A stretch of DNA of 64,000 nt. It comes from Lytechinus pictus. Its lineage: Eukaryota. The notes below the pieces were generated by a model. The model had not been told where the DNA came from. It did not search any database and was given only the letters and a program-made list of their open reading frames with translations. Below, one piece after another: positions 52,226 to 64,000 of this stretch (its first letter is position 1; each line of letters opens with the position of its first letter). Where the stretch lies: contig NC_087248.1 in the NCBI RefSeq assembly GCF_037042905.1, positions 20,832,001 through 20,896,000 on the forward strand, given 5' to 3'. Made by a program: the position numbers and the translations under genes.

Positions 52226-54139
52226 TGGTGTCCATAACACGAAGCTCAGCAATCATCGTACACGAATATCTTTACGATTGATTACATTGACTACAATGAA
52301 TAATCAATTGTTAAAATCAAGCGTACGATTATTCGCTAGCGTTTGTTTACATGACCCTGCTATCATCACATTCACACCAACATAGAAGAGTTGTGAACTC
52401 CTATGGAGTCGTACACTCTTGAAAACGATTAAGTTGGTGAATGTGAATCCACCGAAAACAATTGTCAAAATCATTGTTTAGAATGTCCCAACATTTGGGC
52501 TGATTTTTTTTCAATTTCATTTTTCTGTCGGATATACATTCTCCAATATATTTTGACCATTTCAAGAGTAATTTCTTTGCCATTTGATGAGTTAGGCTGC
52601 TTCTTAGAGTGAAAAACCGAGACTCAATGAGGCTTATTTCGAATATATTCTATTGATTTATTGTTGTCATGTCTGTGTCAGTGTCTGAATATCAAATAAA
52701 GTTGATAAAAGAACTATATTTCGAAGCGAATTAGTTTTATTGCAAGTTTGCGGTAGGTGCCGACTCATCGATTGTGAAAATAAAAACGATTTACGTCTGA
52801 AATCGACTGTGGATTGAACCCGTAAAGTGGGAGAATTATTAAAATTCTGAGAAGGAAAATGTATGTCTGTGATAAATATGTTGTCACAAACAAACTGATA
52901 ACGACAACAACAATGGTTATTAAAATAAAAAAAAGTAATTTTGCACTGCACATAATGTTTTTACACACAAAAAACGCTGCTACATAAGTTATACAACGCT
53001 GTTTAAAAATAAATCTTACAGGGATTGTTAAAAAAAATTAAACAACCATTCTTAATTTACTGAGAATGAAATATTGAAAACAAATTTTTTTGTTTATTTA
53101 TAAAAACACTTGTTTAAACTAATTTGTTTCATCTACTAAACAGCGTTATATAGAAATTAAAAAGTGTTTTTGCTGTGTAATATAATTCTGAGTTAAAGGG
53201 AATGTTCATCAAAACCGTACAGTTAATTTCAATACAAGCATAAAAAATAAGAAAAACATATATGAAGGCAAACAAGTAATGTGTAGGAATTCCACGTAGG
53301 CGAATTTTTTTGTCAGATTTTTTTTATTATATGAATTCAGACACATTTTTCTATATTCACTTTTATAAGAGTAATAAAAAGACTATGTTAGCATAAATAA
53401 TTGAACAATTGTAATTGATGATTTATAGCATAATTTGGCTCTAATGTGACGTCCCCATTTTTTTTTTTTGGGGGGGGGGGAGGAGGTAGGGTGAGGGAAG
53501 TGGAGAGAGAGAGGGGGATAAAATATTTATAATTATGCACATTATTCGTTATGCAAATGCAGGAACAGATGACGACTGAAGTCGCGTCTTCCACTCTTTT
53601 GCATTTTGTTATAATTTATGAAATATGAACTTCTTATGATCAGTTCCTTTGGGTGGTCCTTTTCAGGACCAACATTTGCCCAAGAAAGATACACGTCCTG
53701 GTGTATTAAGGCGAAACCTACTACATTATCAGCCCCTCGTTATGAAACAAAGTGTGATTATCCCCCTTTTTAACATGTCGAATTACCATTGCCATGGTTA
53801 CTGTAACCATATCCTGTAACCTGTTATGCGGTTGATGCCTGTTAAGTTTTCAAATGAAGTCAATTGTATCGAAAAGGATTCTAAAGAGCTCACTGACAAA
53901 ACAGGTAATCGCAGATGTATTTTACTCATTCTACGTAGGAGGAGGGGAGGTCCCATCTTACTAGGAAAATCTTATTTTGTAAGACATCGATATGAAGATT
54001 TACATCGGGAATCACAATTTTACTTGTAGCTTTGAAAATGTGACAGAAGAGCAAATAATAAATTGAAGTGCTTAAAAATCTTCCTCCTAACATGCCAAGA
54101 AAACGTCTGGAAGCAGCAATATCCCCCAGCCCTTAGTGT

Positions 54140-54321
54140 ACTAATATACCTATCGCAAATATAATTTCTAAACCCCTTGCTCACTCACATCTTTTTATTT
54201 AAGCCCAGAAACCGTACTCATTCCATCTCAGTTAAAACGTTCTTAAACCTATTTACAAAAAAGGACAACGACCATTAATGGGAAACTACCGACCAATCTC
54301 AGTCCTACCTGTAATCACAGA
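54140..54321 (+). pseudogene. LINE RT fragment (PIYKKG..GNYRPISVLPVI), continuing after 55533
   Basis: Canonical NYRPISVLP motif at the start of the RT domain. Confidence 0.65.
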
Positions 54322-55525
54322 CACGGGCGTAAATCCCGGGGGATGGGGGGATACATCCCCCGGGCATCCCCACAACTTTTCGGAGGGGGGGAGGGGGGAC
54401 GGCATGTACAATATCATCCCCCCACTTTTCAAGATAGATAAATATGTTTTTAATCATCAAAATAATGCTTATTACTACTGTTAAAGTGTGGATTCATCTT
54501 TAACTGCAGTCAAAAGTGCTGAAACTGGTCTTAATTTGCATTCTAAAAATGAAAAAAAAAATCTTTATCCATTTATATGGGACTTTAAATCACATTAATT
54601 AACGCAACACTGTAATTAATATTTCAAAAATGATTTTTCTTTCTTCAAATTTTGGAATGTTGCATCATCTCCCAACTTCTTAAAGATTATTCGGAATCTA
54701 ATCTTTTCCTATGTATCAAGTACTTCCACGATTTGGGAGGTTTATATTGTGGCCTGTGATGGCCTATGATCATTTCATATGGCACCCTTATTCCCGATAA
54801 TCATGATCCTATTTTTGTTTTCATTCTCATCTCATCTGTAACCAGTGAGCAAATGAGTTTTCATTGAAGAAAACTCGACAATTAAATCCCTATTTGCACT
54901 TTATATATATTTCTTGTTCATTTCTTCTAAAGTTTACGTTATTTATAATTTACCCTTATCATCCTCTGTATTTAGTTCATTATTTAAACGACTTAATCAA
55001 CTCTTTTGAAGGCTCGCTAACTATACGCTCACCGCCGAAATTTCTCCCATAATTACACTCCATTGAAAGACGATTTGGTTATCATAATTTCATCTGGAAA
55101 ATTTGCTCACTCGCTTCGTTCGCTCGCATTTGCATACTACACTGTAACTGTAACCTAGTAGTTTCCGTCAAAATAAATCACTGTGCTCATTCGCCGCATT
55201 ATCCAATAATCACACCTCATAAAAGGCAATTTTGGTCACTAGTAATGTCTGCCAACTACTGAAAATTTGCTCGCTCGCTTCGGTCGCTTGTATTAGGATT
55301 ATAACTGTAGTTCAGTGGTTTTTATCACAACAAATTCATTACATTTATTATTTCAGCCATGGAGAAGAGGCATTTAACTGAAAGATAAAAGGATTATGTA
55401 CACAGTTACCCGGCCCCGTATACACAGCCCTATGTGTGCGGGGGTGTCCCCCAAATTGTGAATTTCACAGGTCAATATTGCTTTCACCTCCCCCCCTCAC
55501 TGCTTGGACCGGATTTACGCCAGTG
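54322..55525. mobile_element. hAT-like non-autonomous element inserted in the LINE fragment
   Basis: CACGGGCGTAAATCC ... GGATTTACGCCAGTG; 8-bp TSD ATCACAGA/ATCACATA. Confidence 0.75.
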
Positions 55526-56140
55526 ATCACATAAATAATGGAGAAACTTATCTTTAACAAATTACATAGCTATCTGTCGTTTAACAGAATCATTCATATG
55601 TGGTTTCACAGGGGCGGATCCAGCCTTCGCCAATAGGGGGGGGGGGCGGATTTTTTCAGCCATATTTTCCCCGATCGGCTGCTTGAAGATGATTTTGGGG
55701 TTTCCTTGAAGGGGAAGTCCTAATAGTCACTTCTCAGCTTTATTCTTATAAATCGAAATAAATATATCATATCATAATCCTTATTTCTATATTGCGAGCG
55801 CGAAGCGCGAGCTAAATTTTTTGGAATTTTTTTTTTCCTGAAATTTGACAATTCTGGGCAATGTTTGTTATCCTGAAAATGATGTGTTTGCAACTTAATA
55901 ATTACTACGAACGCAAAGCGCGAGCAGAAATGAACTGATGGAAAAGATACCTGTTAAAGTAGCATTTAACAATCAAATAATGTGAGCGCGAAGCGTAAGC
56001 TAATTTTTTTTTACATTTCACCCAAAGAATGGAAATTCTAAGCACTTTTTGTAACTCAAGCAGAATAGGTATATAAGTAAACAATTGATGCGAGCGCGAA
56101 GCGCGAGCGGAACATTTCGAGATTTAGTCCTATATTTACT

Positions 56141-56166
56141 CATGGACCTATTACAATAGGTCCATG
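56141..56166. mobile_element. 26-bp palindromic P-like transposon footprint
   Basis: ATTTACT|CATGGACCTATTACAATAGGTCCATG|ATTTACT. Confidence 0.75.
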
Positions 56167-56509
56167 ATTTACTGAACGAGACACTCTATTCATGCTTTGT
56201 AAATCATGAGAAGGATGAGTATTAATAATGCGAGCGCAAAGCGCGAGCAGAAAATTTTTATATACGTTTTGAACTGGTACTGTTGAAAAGGTAACTGTTA
56301 AGGACTGCTTGCACTTAGCCATGAAGGCGTGACATATTTCAACAATCAAAAGATGCGAGCGCGAAGCGCGAGCTGAACAATTTTGAACTTTCTAAAGAAA
56401 GAATGGAAAATTTTAATCAGTTTTTGTAATCGTGAACAGGATAGCTATATAATTTAATAATTGATGCGAGCGCGAAGAGTGAGCAGAAGAAAAAAATTTA
56501 GATTTAGAC

Positions 56510-58078
56510 CAGCGGCGTAACAAGGGTCGATGGCCAGGGGGGGCAAGAGCAAAAAATTTCCCGGTCATGTCATGACATGAACAGGCGTAATGGTGTAATG
56601 AGCTGAGGCGACTATTTTTAGAAGGCCAGATATTGCGTATCGGGCAGAATTTATCTTTTAAAAAAAGTTGCGAGCGAGCGAAGCGAGCGAGCAAAAATTT
56701 TGACCTTTTTAATAGAAAAATCAAATTTTATGGTAGATTTTGACATGATATCCAGAAAATATTTCACTATTCTTTCTTTAGATTCCTTTTTTGTGGTCTG
56801 TACGCCACTGTGAACAGGATTCTTTGCGGCAGCAGCGTGAAGAGTAAAAAAAAAACGAGGGGCGCAGTATAGCACATGTGCTAAAAAGCTGCTTCCAAGT
56901 CCCGAGCGAAGCGAGCGAGAAAAAAAATCACCTTTTCATGAGAATCTAACTTTGAGCTATTTTTTTTACATTATATTCAGTAAATAAAATCATATCCTAC
57001 ACTTTTCCATTGCTTTTCTTTCCTCCTTTTTTTCTTGTCTGTAGAACTATTTTAGGCCATGGCCCAACCCTTCCATATACGCAGTGCTGTGCGGTTGGGG
57101 TCCGGGGCGGAGCCCCCGGAACTTCTTGATATCGAAGCCATTTAAACCTCGCAGATTGCCGCTATTTCAATCAAATCGCGGGCATATAGTTTTTATTCAA
57201 CCCAGTTGCGTAATGAAGCAACATATTTTGAGGGGGCAAAACATAGCAATGTGGGAAAAATTTGTAAAAAGTCGCCAGCGTGCAAAACGAGCTGGAAAAA
57301 AAATTGCCTATTGAAATCAAATTCTAATTATGTGATAGATTTTTCCATTATATTCAGCAAATAACACATTTCATTGTTCCCATTCATTTCATTGTACGTT
57401 GTCTCCTATAATTTCTTTTATTTCCTCTTTGGTGTGGAACCAAGACCCCCCCCTCCGCGCCTGTATGCCAGCGATTGAACGTGATTGTACGGGGGGGGGG
57501 GGGGGCGTTATAGAGCCATTTGAATGTTATAAATGAAGAACCCCTACTGCGTGGGGTCTGGGGCAAAGCCCCGGTAGCTTATTTGCATATAATTTAGCAA
57601 CCTTATAGAGCAATGTTGTATGCAGTCCATTTTTCTTTCAATCATCGGCAGCCCGGTCGTGTTATTATTTTTGTTCGTGTCCCTTTTCTTTGTTTTCCAC
57701 TTTAGTTTTTGACTAATTACATTCTATTTTCGCTTCCCGCTATTGTTTGCCATTTTATCATATTTTAATTTGTTCCCACCGTGCTATTGCATTACATAGG
57801 CCTATTTCGAAATGATTTGTTCGTTCTCAAATGTTCTTCTTTGGTACATTTTCTGGCTTTCCTTCCTTTTCCATTAAAAAAAATGTTTTTTCTTCGTTTT
57901 CTTTTAATTTTCCCTTTACTTTTCCCTTACCTCCTTTCCTTCTCCCTTTCCTTTCCCTTTCTCTCTCTTTCTCCCTCTTTTTTCTTTTTCCCGCTTTTCT
58001 TTTATTTTCCCGGTGAAATCCGCCAGGGGGGGGGGGGCAACTTGCCCCCCCCCTGCCCCCCCGCCTGTTACGCCACTG
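56510..58078. mobile_element. hAT-like element, nested
   Basis: CAGCGGCGTAACA ... TGTTACGCCACTG; perfect 8-bp TSD ATTTAGAC. Confidence 0.85.
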
Positions 58079-60677
58079 ATTTAGACCTAAAAATGGGCCA
58101 CTCCGTTCATGTTTTGTAAATAATGAAAAGGATGAGTAATATGGGGTCTTCCTACATTAATAATGCGAGCACAAAAATGTTGATATTGTGATCTGAAACT
58201 GGATAATTATTTAATTAGAGAACAAGTTGAGTATCTGAATAAACATGCGCGCGCGTGTTTTATATTTAGACCGAATCTAGGCATTCTAAATACATCTTTA
58301 ATCATGAAAATCATGAAACTTTGATATTCCGATCTGAAAAAAAGAGTAAATTTCAGCTTTATATTTCAAGTACTTTGTAGAAAAATTGTAAGGTGGATAT
58401 GGATCGCACTTAAAAAAGAGCTGATATTTTCATTATTATTACTCTGAGTTTTGACATAGGACCGGGACATCCTTACGACATGTCATCATATGAAAATGAT
58501 GACTATCTTCCTATTCCTCTTGCTAAGCGAGATGAAACAAAAGGGACAATTTGATTATTAAATTAATATTATATTTATTAATGCCTAATGAGGGCGCGAA
58601 ATCTGATGATATTATGGCATAAAAACTGGACATTTCACTTTTGTAATTATGAATAGGATGCATCAGTTAAAGTATTTAATTGCAAGCTAAAATTTTTGAT
58701 AAACTGTCACGAAAAGGGGATTTTAAGTAGTTTGTTGTATAATCAATATTGAAACATATACTCGCCAATCAAAATGCGAGCGTGCAGCGCGCTAGCTCAT
58801 ACGTCTTAACAATCAGACCTGAAAAGGGATATTTTGAAAACTTTATGAAATACACGAAAATAATAGGTACCTGATAAATCAAAATTTGCGAGCGCACAGC
58901 GCAAGCAGCAAATGTAAATATTCAGACCATAAAACTGACATTTTTACAGAGCACTTTTTAAAAATCGATTTGTAAATCACACAAAATAATGAAAGTTCGA
59001 TTTCCGAGGTGAAATATGTTTTGTATATTGACTTCCAAATTTGACATTCGAGCTCCATATTGAACAAGATATGTAAATCACCTAACAGGCAATGCGAGCG
59101 CGAAGCGCGAGCGAAAATTTTATATAGTGGCACGAAAGATTCTTTTTATTTTCCAAGTCTTCCCCTCATCTTATTTTATTTACTCGTCGTCCTTCTCTTC
59201 TTTTTCTCCTCTCCTTTCCCCCCTTTATTCCTTCTTTCTTTCCCTTTTTACTTTTTTGCCCCGCCAAGAGGGGAGGGGGGGGGGGGAGGGCCCCTCGGCC
59301 CCCTGGTCCGCCTACGGGGACAATTAGGGGCGGGAAAATTTGACAAGAAAAAAAAAGGTTATCATCCCAAATGTAAGGTCATCTCGTCCCAACTCGTCCC
59401 AAAATACATGTTTTATTTAGATTTAGAATGATGTATTCTTACCATCATAAAATACCAAAAATAGTAGGGGGCACATTTGATATTGTGTCCCCCCTACTAT
59501 TTTGAGTAGGGGGGAAACGTCCCCCCTGGGATTTCCGCCCATAGTTGAACGTTGTATTCTTTCCAGTAGCGGGCTCTTCGGCCCCATGCAAGTCCAAGAG
59601 GTGGTCCTGACGTAGGCCTATGATCAAGAGAAACGTAATATTAGACGTATAATTTTTTCATGAAGAACTTTCACAGTCTTTATATTAAAAAAAAAATCTA
59701 ATATCATTGTGAGAGAGAGAGCCTTGTAGTCTGCCTATCGTGCCAAACTTTGTTATACGAAAGTGAAGATGTTTATCAATCTTTATGTGTATGTTCTTTC
59801 AGAGTCACCGGATCGGCCATGCATCGCACATATCCATGCTCTTAGCTATGACCCACGACCCCGCGACGTCGGAAAACACCAATCATCAATAAAAAAAATC
59901 TATAAATTATACATTATGTAGCTGGGAGTTGCTTTGTTCGTGCATCATGATGATTGTATATACCGATATCTAATTCTTCTGCTGTGTACGGTCTTCATCG
60001 GAATTCACCGGCAAAAACATTGCAATTTTCGAAGAAGAGATCGTGCAAGACTGCAATTTTTTCTCTGTGCGAGTCTGCCCAGTCAGAATGACAACGGAAC
60101 AAGGTGAGTGAGTCGCCCGGACTTCCCCCGGCCGCGCCCCAGGACAAGGCTGGCGCGCGAGGAGCGCAGTCACGTCACCGTGGCCCCAAAATGCCTGCGC
60201 ACATAAAAACAATTGAAATTTGACTGAAGATTGAGCAGGAATTTTTTTGTGAAGTAACCCAAATGTTAAATGAAATTCCTTGTATTCTAAAAAAAAGCTG
60301 TGTGCCAAAATATTGGCAAAAAATGAGGGCAAAATCATGAAAATGCATTCTATTCTCGAGATCGCGATCGGACATCCTGGTGTGTGACAAAAAAAATGAA
60401 AATCATCAAATATGAATTAATTTGGTATCACATGAAAGCTCTTAAAAAGACCTTTAAAATGATACCAAGAACTTTAATTTTCATCAAAAAATTATAAAGT
60501 TATTCCACTTTAGTTTAAGTCGCGCATATTCATCCAAATTTGTGGTCATTGTCTTCATCATTCATGGTCTTAATGTAAAGTCAAAGGAGTACAGAACCGA
60601 TTTTTGTGACCATTTTGTGACCATTTTGAACCCAAGTCTTCAACAGGCTCTAACTTCTTTGTTTTTTAGCCCTAAGA

Positions 60678-61679
60678 CAAGGCTCCACATTAACTTTTTT
60701 TGGTGGTGGCCCGTTCGGGCCACCAAAACCTTCAAATAATTTTTTTGGGTGGCCCGATATTAAAGTTTGGTGGCCCGAAATATATAAAGAAAAACATTAA
60801 AAATGAATAAATGGGTATAAATGGTTTAACCACTGTCAAAAAAATGAAAGAAAATAATAAAAGGGCAAAAAAAAGTGTGAGAAAATTCCTTCCCTAAATT
60901 TGCCAAAATGTTGGAAAAATTCACATTTCATATTAATGAAATGCCTTCCCAAAGTATTTACTTTCTCAAGAGTTGTTTAAGAAGTCATTTATAAACAAGA
61001 AAGAAAGTACCTGTCTGTTTATTTTTGGCTAGAAAAGACCGGAAAAGACACAGCTTCAAAAGAAACCAAGTAACAACATACATACAAATGCACATGTGGG
61101 ACTGTGATGTACTCACCTATGTGTTTTTATGTGTATTATTTTCATTTGGAAATCGGTCTTTTTGAGTCAAAAGAGAGGTCATGATTCCTCATTTTAATGC
61201 TTGCAAATAATCAGGATACACCAGATTTTAGCAAAAAGGTCTGTAGAAGGGCATTTCATTGGTGTAAAATGTGACTTTGACTTGGATTTTCACAGTTCTG
61301 TGGAAGATTTCTTAGTAGCAACATTTCGTATTGCAGCCCCCTGAGTCTGAATAGGCTGCTAACGCACAGCTGCTTCAAGCATGCAAAGCTCACGCCAGCC
61401 GGCCGGCGTGGCCGGCTGGATAAAAGCTACTTAATGCTATAGCGGTAGGCCAACTTTGTGTGTGTTTGTGTGTAGATCAACAAAAAGGGCGCATGACGAA
61501 CTGGCTTGCCATTTGAACTGTAGAAAGTTGATAAATGCGTGCAAAATGGGGAGAAAAATTGCGCTATTCTGAAAATTATTGGTTGCCCGATTCGGGCCAC
61601 CAAAACTTAATATTTTTCAATAATGGTTGCCCGAGGTGAATTTCTGGTGGCCCCGGGCCACCGCTAATGTCGAGCCTTG
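60678..61679. mobile_element. hAT-like non-autonomous element
   Basis: CAAGGCTCCACATTA ... TAATGTCGAGCCTTG TIRs; subterminal GGTGGCCC repeats; flanking repeat CCTAAGA. Confidence 0.8.
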
Positions 61680-62774
61680 CCTAAGAAGTAATTTAGGTAT
61701 CAATGGAAAGGTGAGAGAAGGCTCAATTGATGTGTATCAATTCATCTTATAATTTTTCTTATGTGTAAAATAATTTCTCCTAATTAATTCTAATTAATTA
61801 TGCAAACAACACAAAATCACAATTACTCGCCTCTTTTTTTGCCAAATGAAGGTTATTATGAGAGATAATTCATATAATTTAGTTGGCATCAAGACAGCAT
61901 CATGTAGATAATTTCCTAAATGAATTTGTCTAAAGTATTGTTTTTGTAATTTCTATTGTATTTCTTTGTTTTTCTGATTATAAATTACAAGCTCTTTTTC
62001 AACTTAGTATTGTAATTTTGTAAATGTTTATGTACGGGGGTCCTTTTTTACATATATATATATAAAACATTTTCTTTTGTACTTTGTATGACCAAATAAA
62101 AATATGTGTGCTTTTTTCTGATGTATTTGATTGTTTCACCAATTCCTTATGTATTCTATTGTTTCAACAATTTGTTATACATGTATAATATGTAACTTTT
62201 GATTTGAGAGACAATGGACATGTGATTACATTTTTTTAGAAGGAATGAGCAGCTGAGTGTAAAATATGTATGTAGAATTGTATGCAATTTATTTCAAGTA
62301 TCAAGAAGGACGAAAATTAAGTTATATTCTATCAGTTGTCAATTTCTTATATTTGTATACATACATTGTAGTACAAAGGCCCTGTTTGAGCTCTCTTTTT
62401 AAATAAAAATAAAATAAATTCAAATTATTAGTCGAAGCCAAAAGAAAAGGAAAAGAGTGGTCTATTTCTTTCAAAACAAACAAACAAAAAAAACCAAAGC
62501 TTCAAACAAGCACTAAAAACAAGAGAATCAAAAGTGACACAAAAACTTGTACCAATCCCATCCCCATTTTCCAATTAAAAACACAACCCCCACCTGCACC
62601 CCTAAAAAAAAGAAAAATGACTAAAAAAATAAATAGTACAATTAATAATAAAGAAAACATAAATACAGGACTTAGACCCATCTGGAAATGAAATATTCTT
62701 TCCTCTGAGTTTTCATGTATTTTCTTACAAGAGTGAAAAAAATTACAACAAAAAAATAAACAACATCTAGTTCG

Positions 62775-63165
62775 TGCATTTTAATAAAAAAATCAACATT
62801 TAAGATATTCTCCTTTCAAAAGCAAATCCAGTCTCCAAATAATGAAATATGACAAAAAAATGAAAAAATAAACAATACAATAATTTAAAAAATAAACTTT
62901 AAAAAATATATAAAAAAGAAACTAAAAAAATAAACATATATTTTGCATTTTAATTAAAAAGTCAACATTTATGATATTCCCCTTTCAAAAGCAAATCCAG
63001 TCTCAAAATAATGAAACATGATTGAAAAGTTTCAAAATATATTTTTTTCTACAAAAGAAAAAAAAGAAACACTATAGATTTTGCATTTTAATTTAATAAG
63101 TCAACATTAATATTCCACTTCCAAAAGAATCCAGTTTCCAAATGATAAAACATGATTGAACAATC
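62775..63165. repeat. Three tandem copies of a 140-170 bp unit
   Basis: TGCATTTTAA..TCAACATT..ATATTC..AAAAG..AATCCAGT.TC.AAAT at about 62775, 62944 and 63082. Confidence 0.7.
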
Positions 63166-63339
63166 AAAGTGAAACATCTTGACTCTATAACCTTAGGAGG
63201 AAAGAATGTTTTTGTGACAAAATGTATATATTTAAATCAATATCAGAATAACAATCTACGGTATAATGACAGACATTTTCAGAAAAAGGCACAATATTAT
63301 CAAGTAAACAATTTAGATCCAGTTCAATCCAGCATGATG

Positions 63340-64000
63340 AACGACTCACTATCGACCGCTCCCGTCACCAAGCCCTCCGCATCGGGTACCGGTAGCTCGA
63401 CTGCCGAAAGACCGACGGGAGCCCAGCTCGACTGCCGAGAGCGGCTGTGACAAGGGTAGCTCGCTCCTCTTATATCTGGACTGCTCCACGATTCAATCTT
63501 TTAATTTTACTTTTTTTGTCGATTTGAATATATTCTATAACAATTCATATACATAATTGGATCGTACTTCTACTTACCATAAAAAAATTTCAATCATTTG
63601 TGCATCCAAAAATTTGATGAACTTTCAAGCTCCGATATCCACACTTTACAGGCGAGTATCCACATTGAAACTTACATGTATATGTACAGAAAGAGCACAT
63701 TTTCAACTGTCTGTATATATAGGCACGAGATTGCATTAACTATGTGCGCATGCGCATGAAACCCCATTTTCGATGAGCCGCCCAGACAGAGGCGATGCCA
63801 CTTGCAGCAAAACCCGTGCGAAAACCGTGCAGCCAAAACCAGCGCTCGCGATGCGCCCGTATTCGCACATACCTACATCCGCAGATTTTCACTCACGAAA
63901 GTAACTTTCGCATATCAACCGATCGCGAAGGTGCAAACAAAGCCAGAAGACTCGCTGTACAAGCCGGGCGCGCATAGGTACACTGTAAACACCTAATTTT
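63340..64000 (-). promoter_or_regulatory. CpG-rich promoter-like region with NRF-1/P3A2 site, TATA-like box and candidate first exon
   Basis: TGCGCATGCGCA at 63745-63756; minus-strand GATATAAG at 63476-63469; donor GTGAGT at 63349-63344. Confidence 0.4.

Larger units (their letters stand above)
55608..59320. mobile_element. Non-autonomous element with periodic GCGAGCGCGAAGCGCGAGC repeats and nested insertions (boundaries approximate)
   Basis: CAGGGGCGGATCCAG start, CTGGTCCGCC end, repeated motif every 75-140 bp; TSD not evident. Confidence 0.55.

Noticed and set aside
52381-52405. CATAG..CTATG short palindrome as another P footprint
   Set aside because: No flanking direct repeat.
56670-56692. 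(GAGC)n resemblance to a parvoviral Rep-binding element
   Set aside because: Common subterminal motif of the local hAT-like elements; no viral ORF nearby.

Overview
AT-rich invertebrate genomic DNA with five assembly gaps. The repeat landscape, GPCR type and tubulin sequences point to an echinoderm, probably a sea urchin (inference). The window holds three co-oriented (+) spliced alpha-tubulin genes, each with an ATG-only first coding exon giving an MREC N-terminus. Gene 1 (5123-8377) is canonical. Gene 2 (13201-17576) is mildly divergent. Gene 3 (42126-51024) is divergent, has K40T and carries an extra intron. An intronless class-A GPCR (25192-26166) lies between genes 2 and 3. The rest is a dense, often nested set of non-autonomous transposons, classified here only by termini and target-site duplications (TSDs): TTAA/AGG..CCT Kolobok-like, hAT-like, CACT-type and Harbinger-like MITEs, an Academ-like element, tRNA-derived SINEs and LINE fragments. 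The most unusual objects are (i) a 4.1-kb almost wholly palindromic foldback element with TAT..ATA ends and a 6-bp TSD (IS3EU-like), nested in a SINE inside a MITE directly upstream of the gene 3 promoter, and (ii) 24-34 bp palindromes with 7-bp TSDs that look like P-element excision footprints. No CRISPR array, rRNA or intact tRNA gene is supported.
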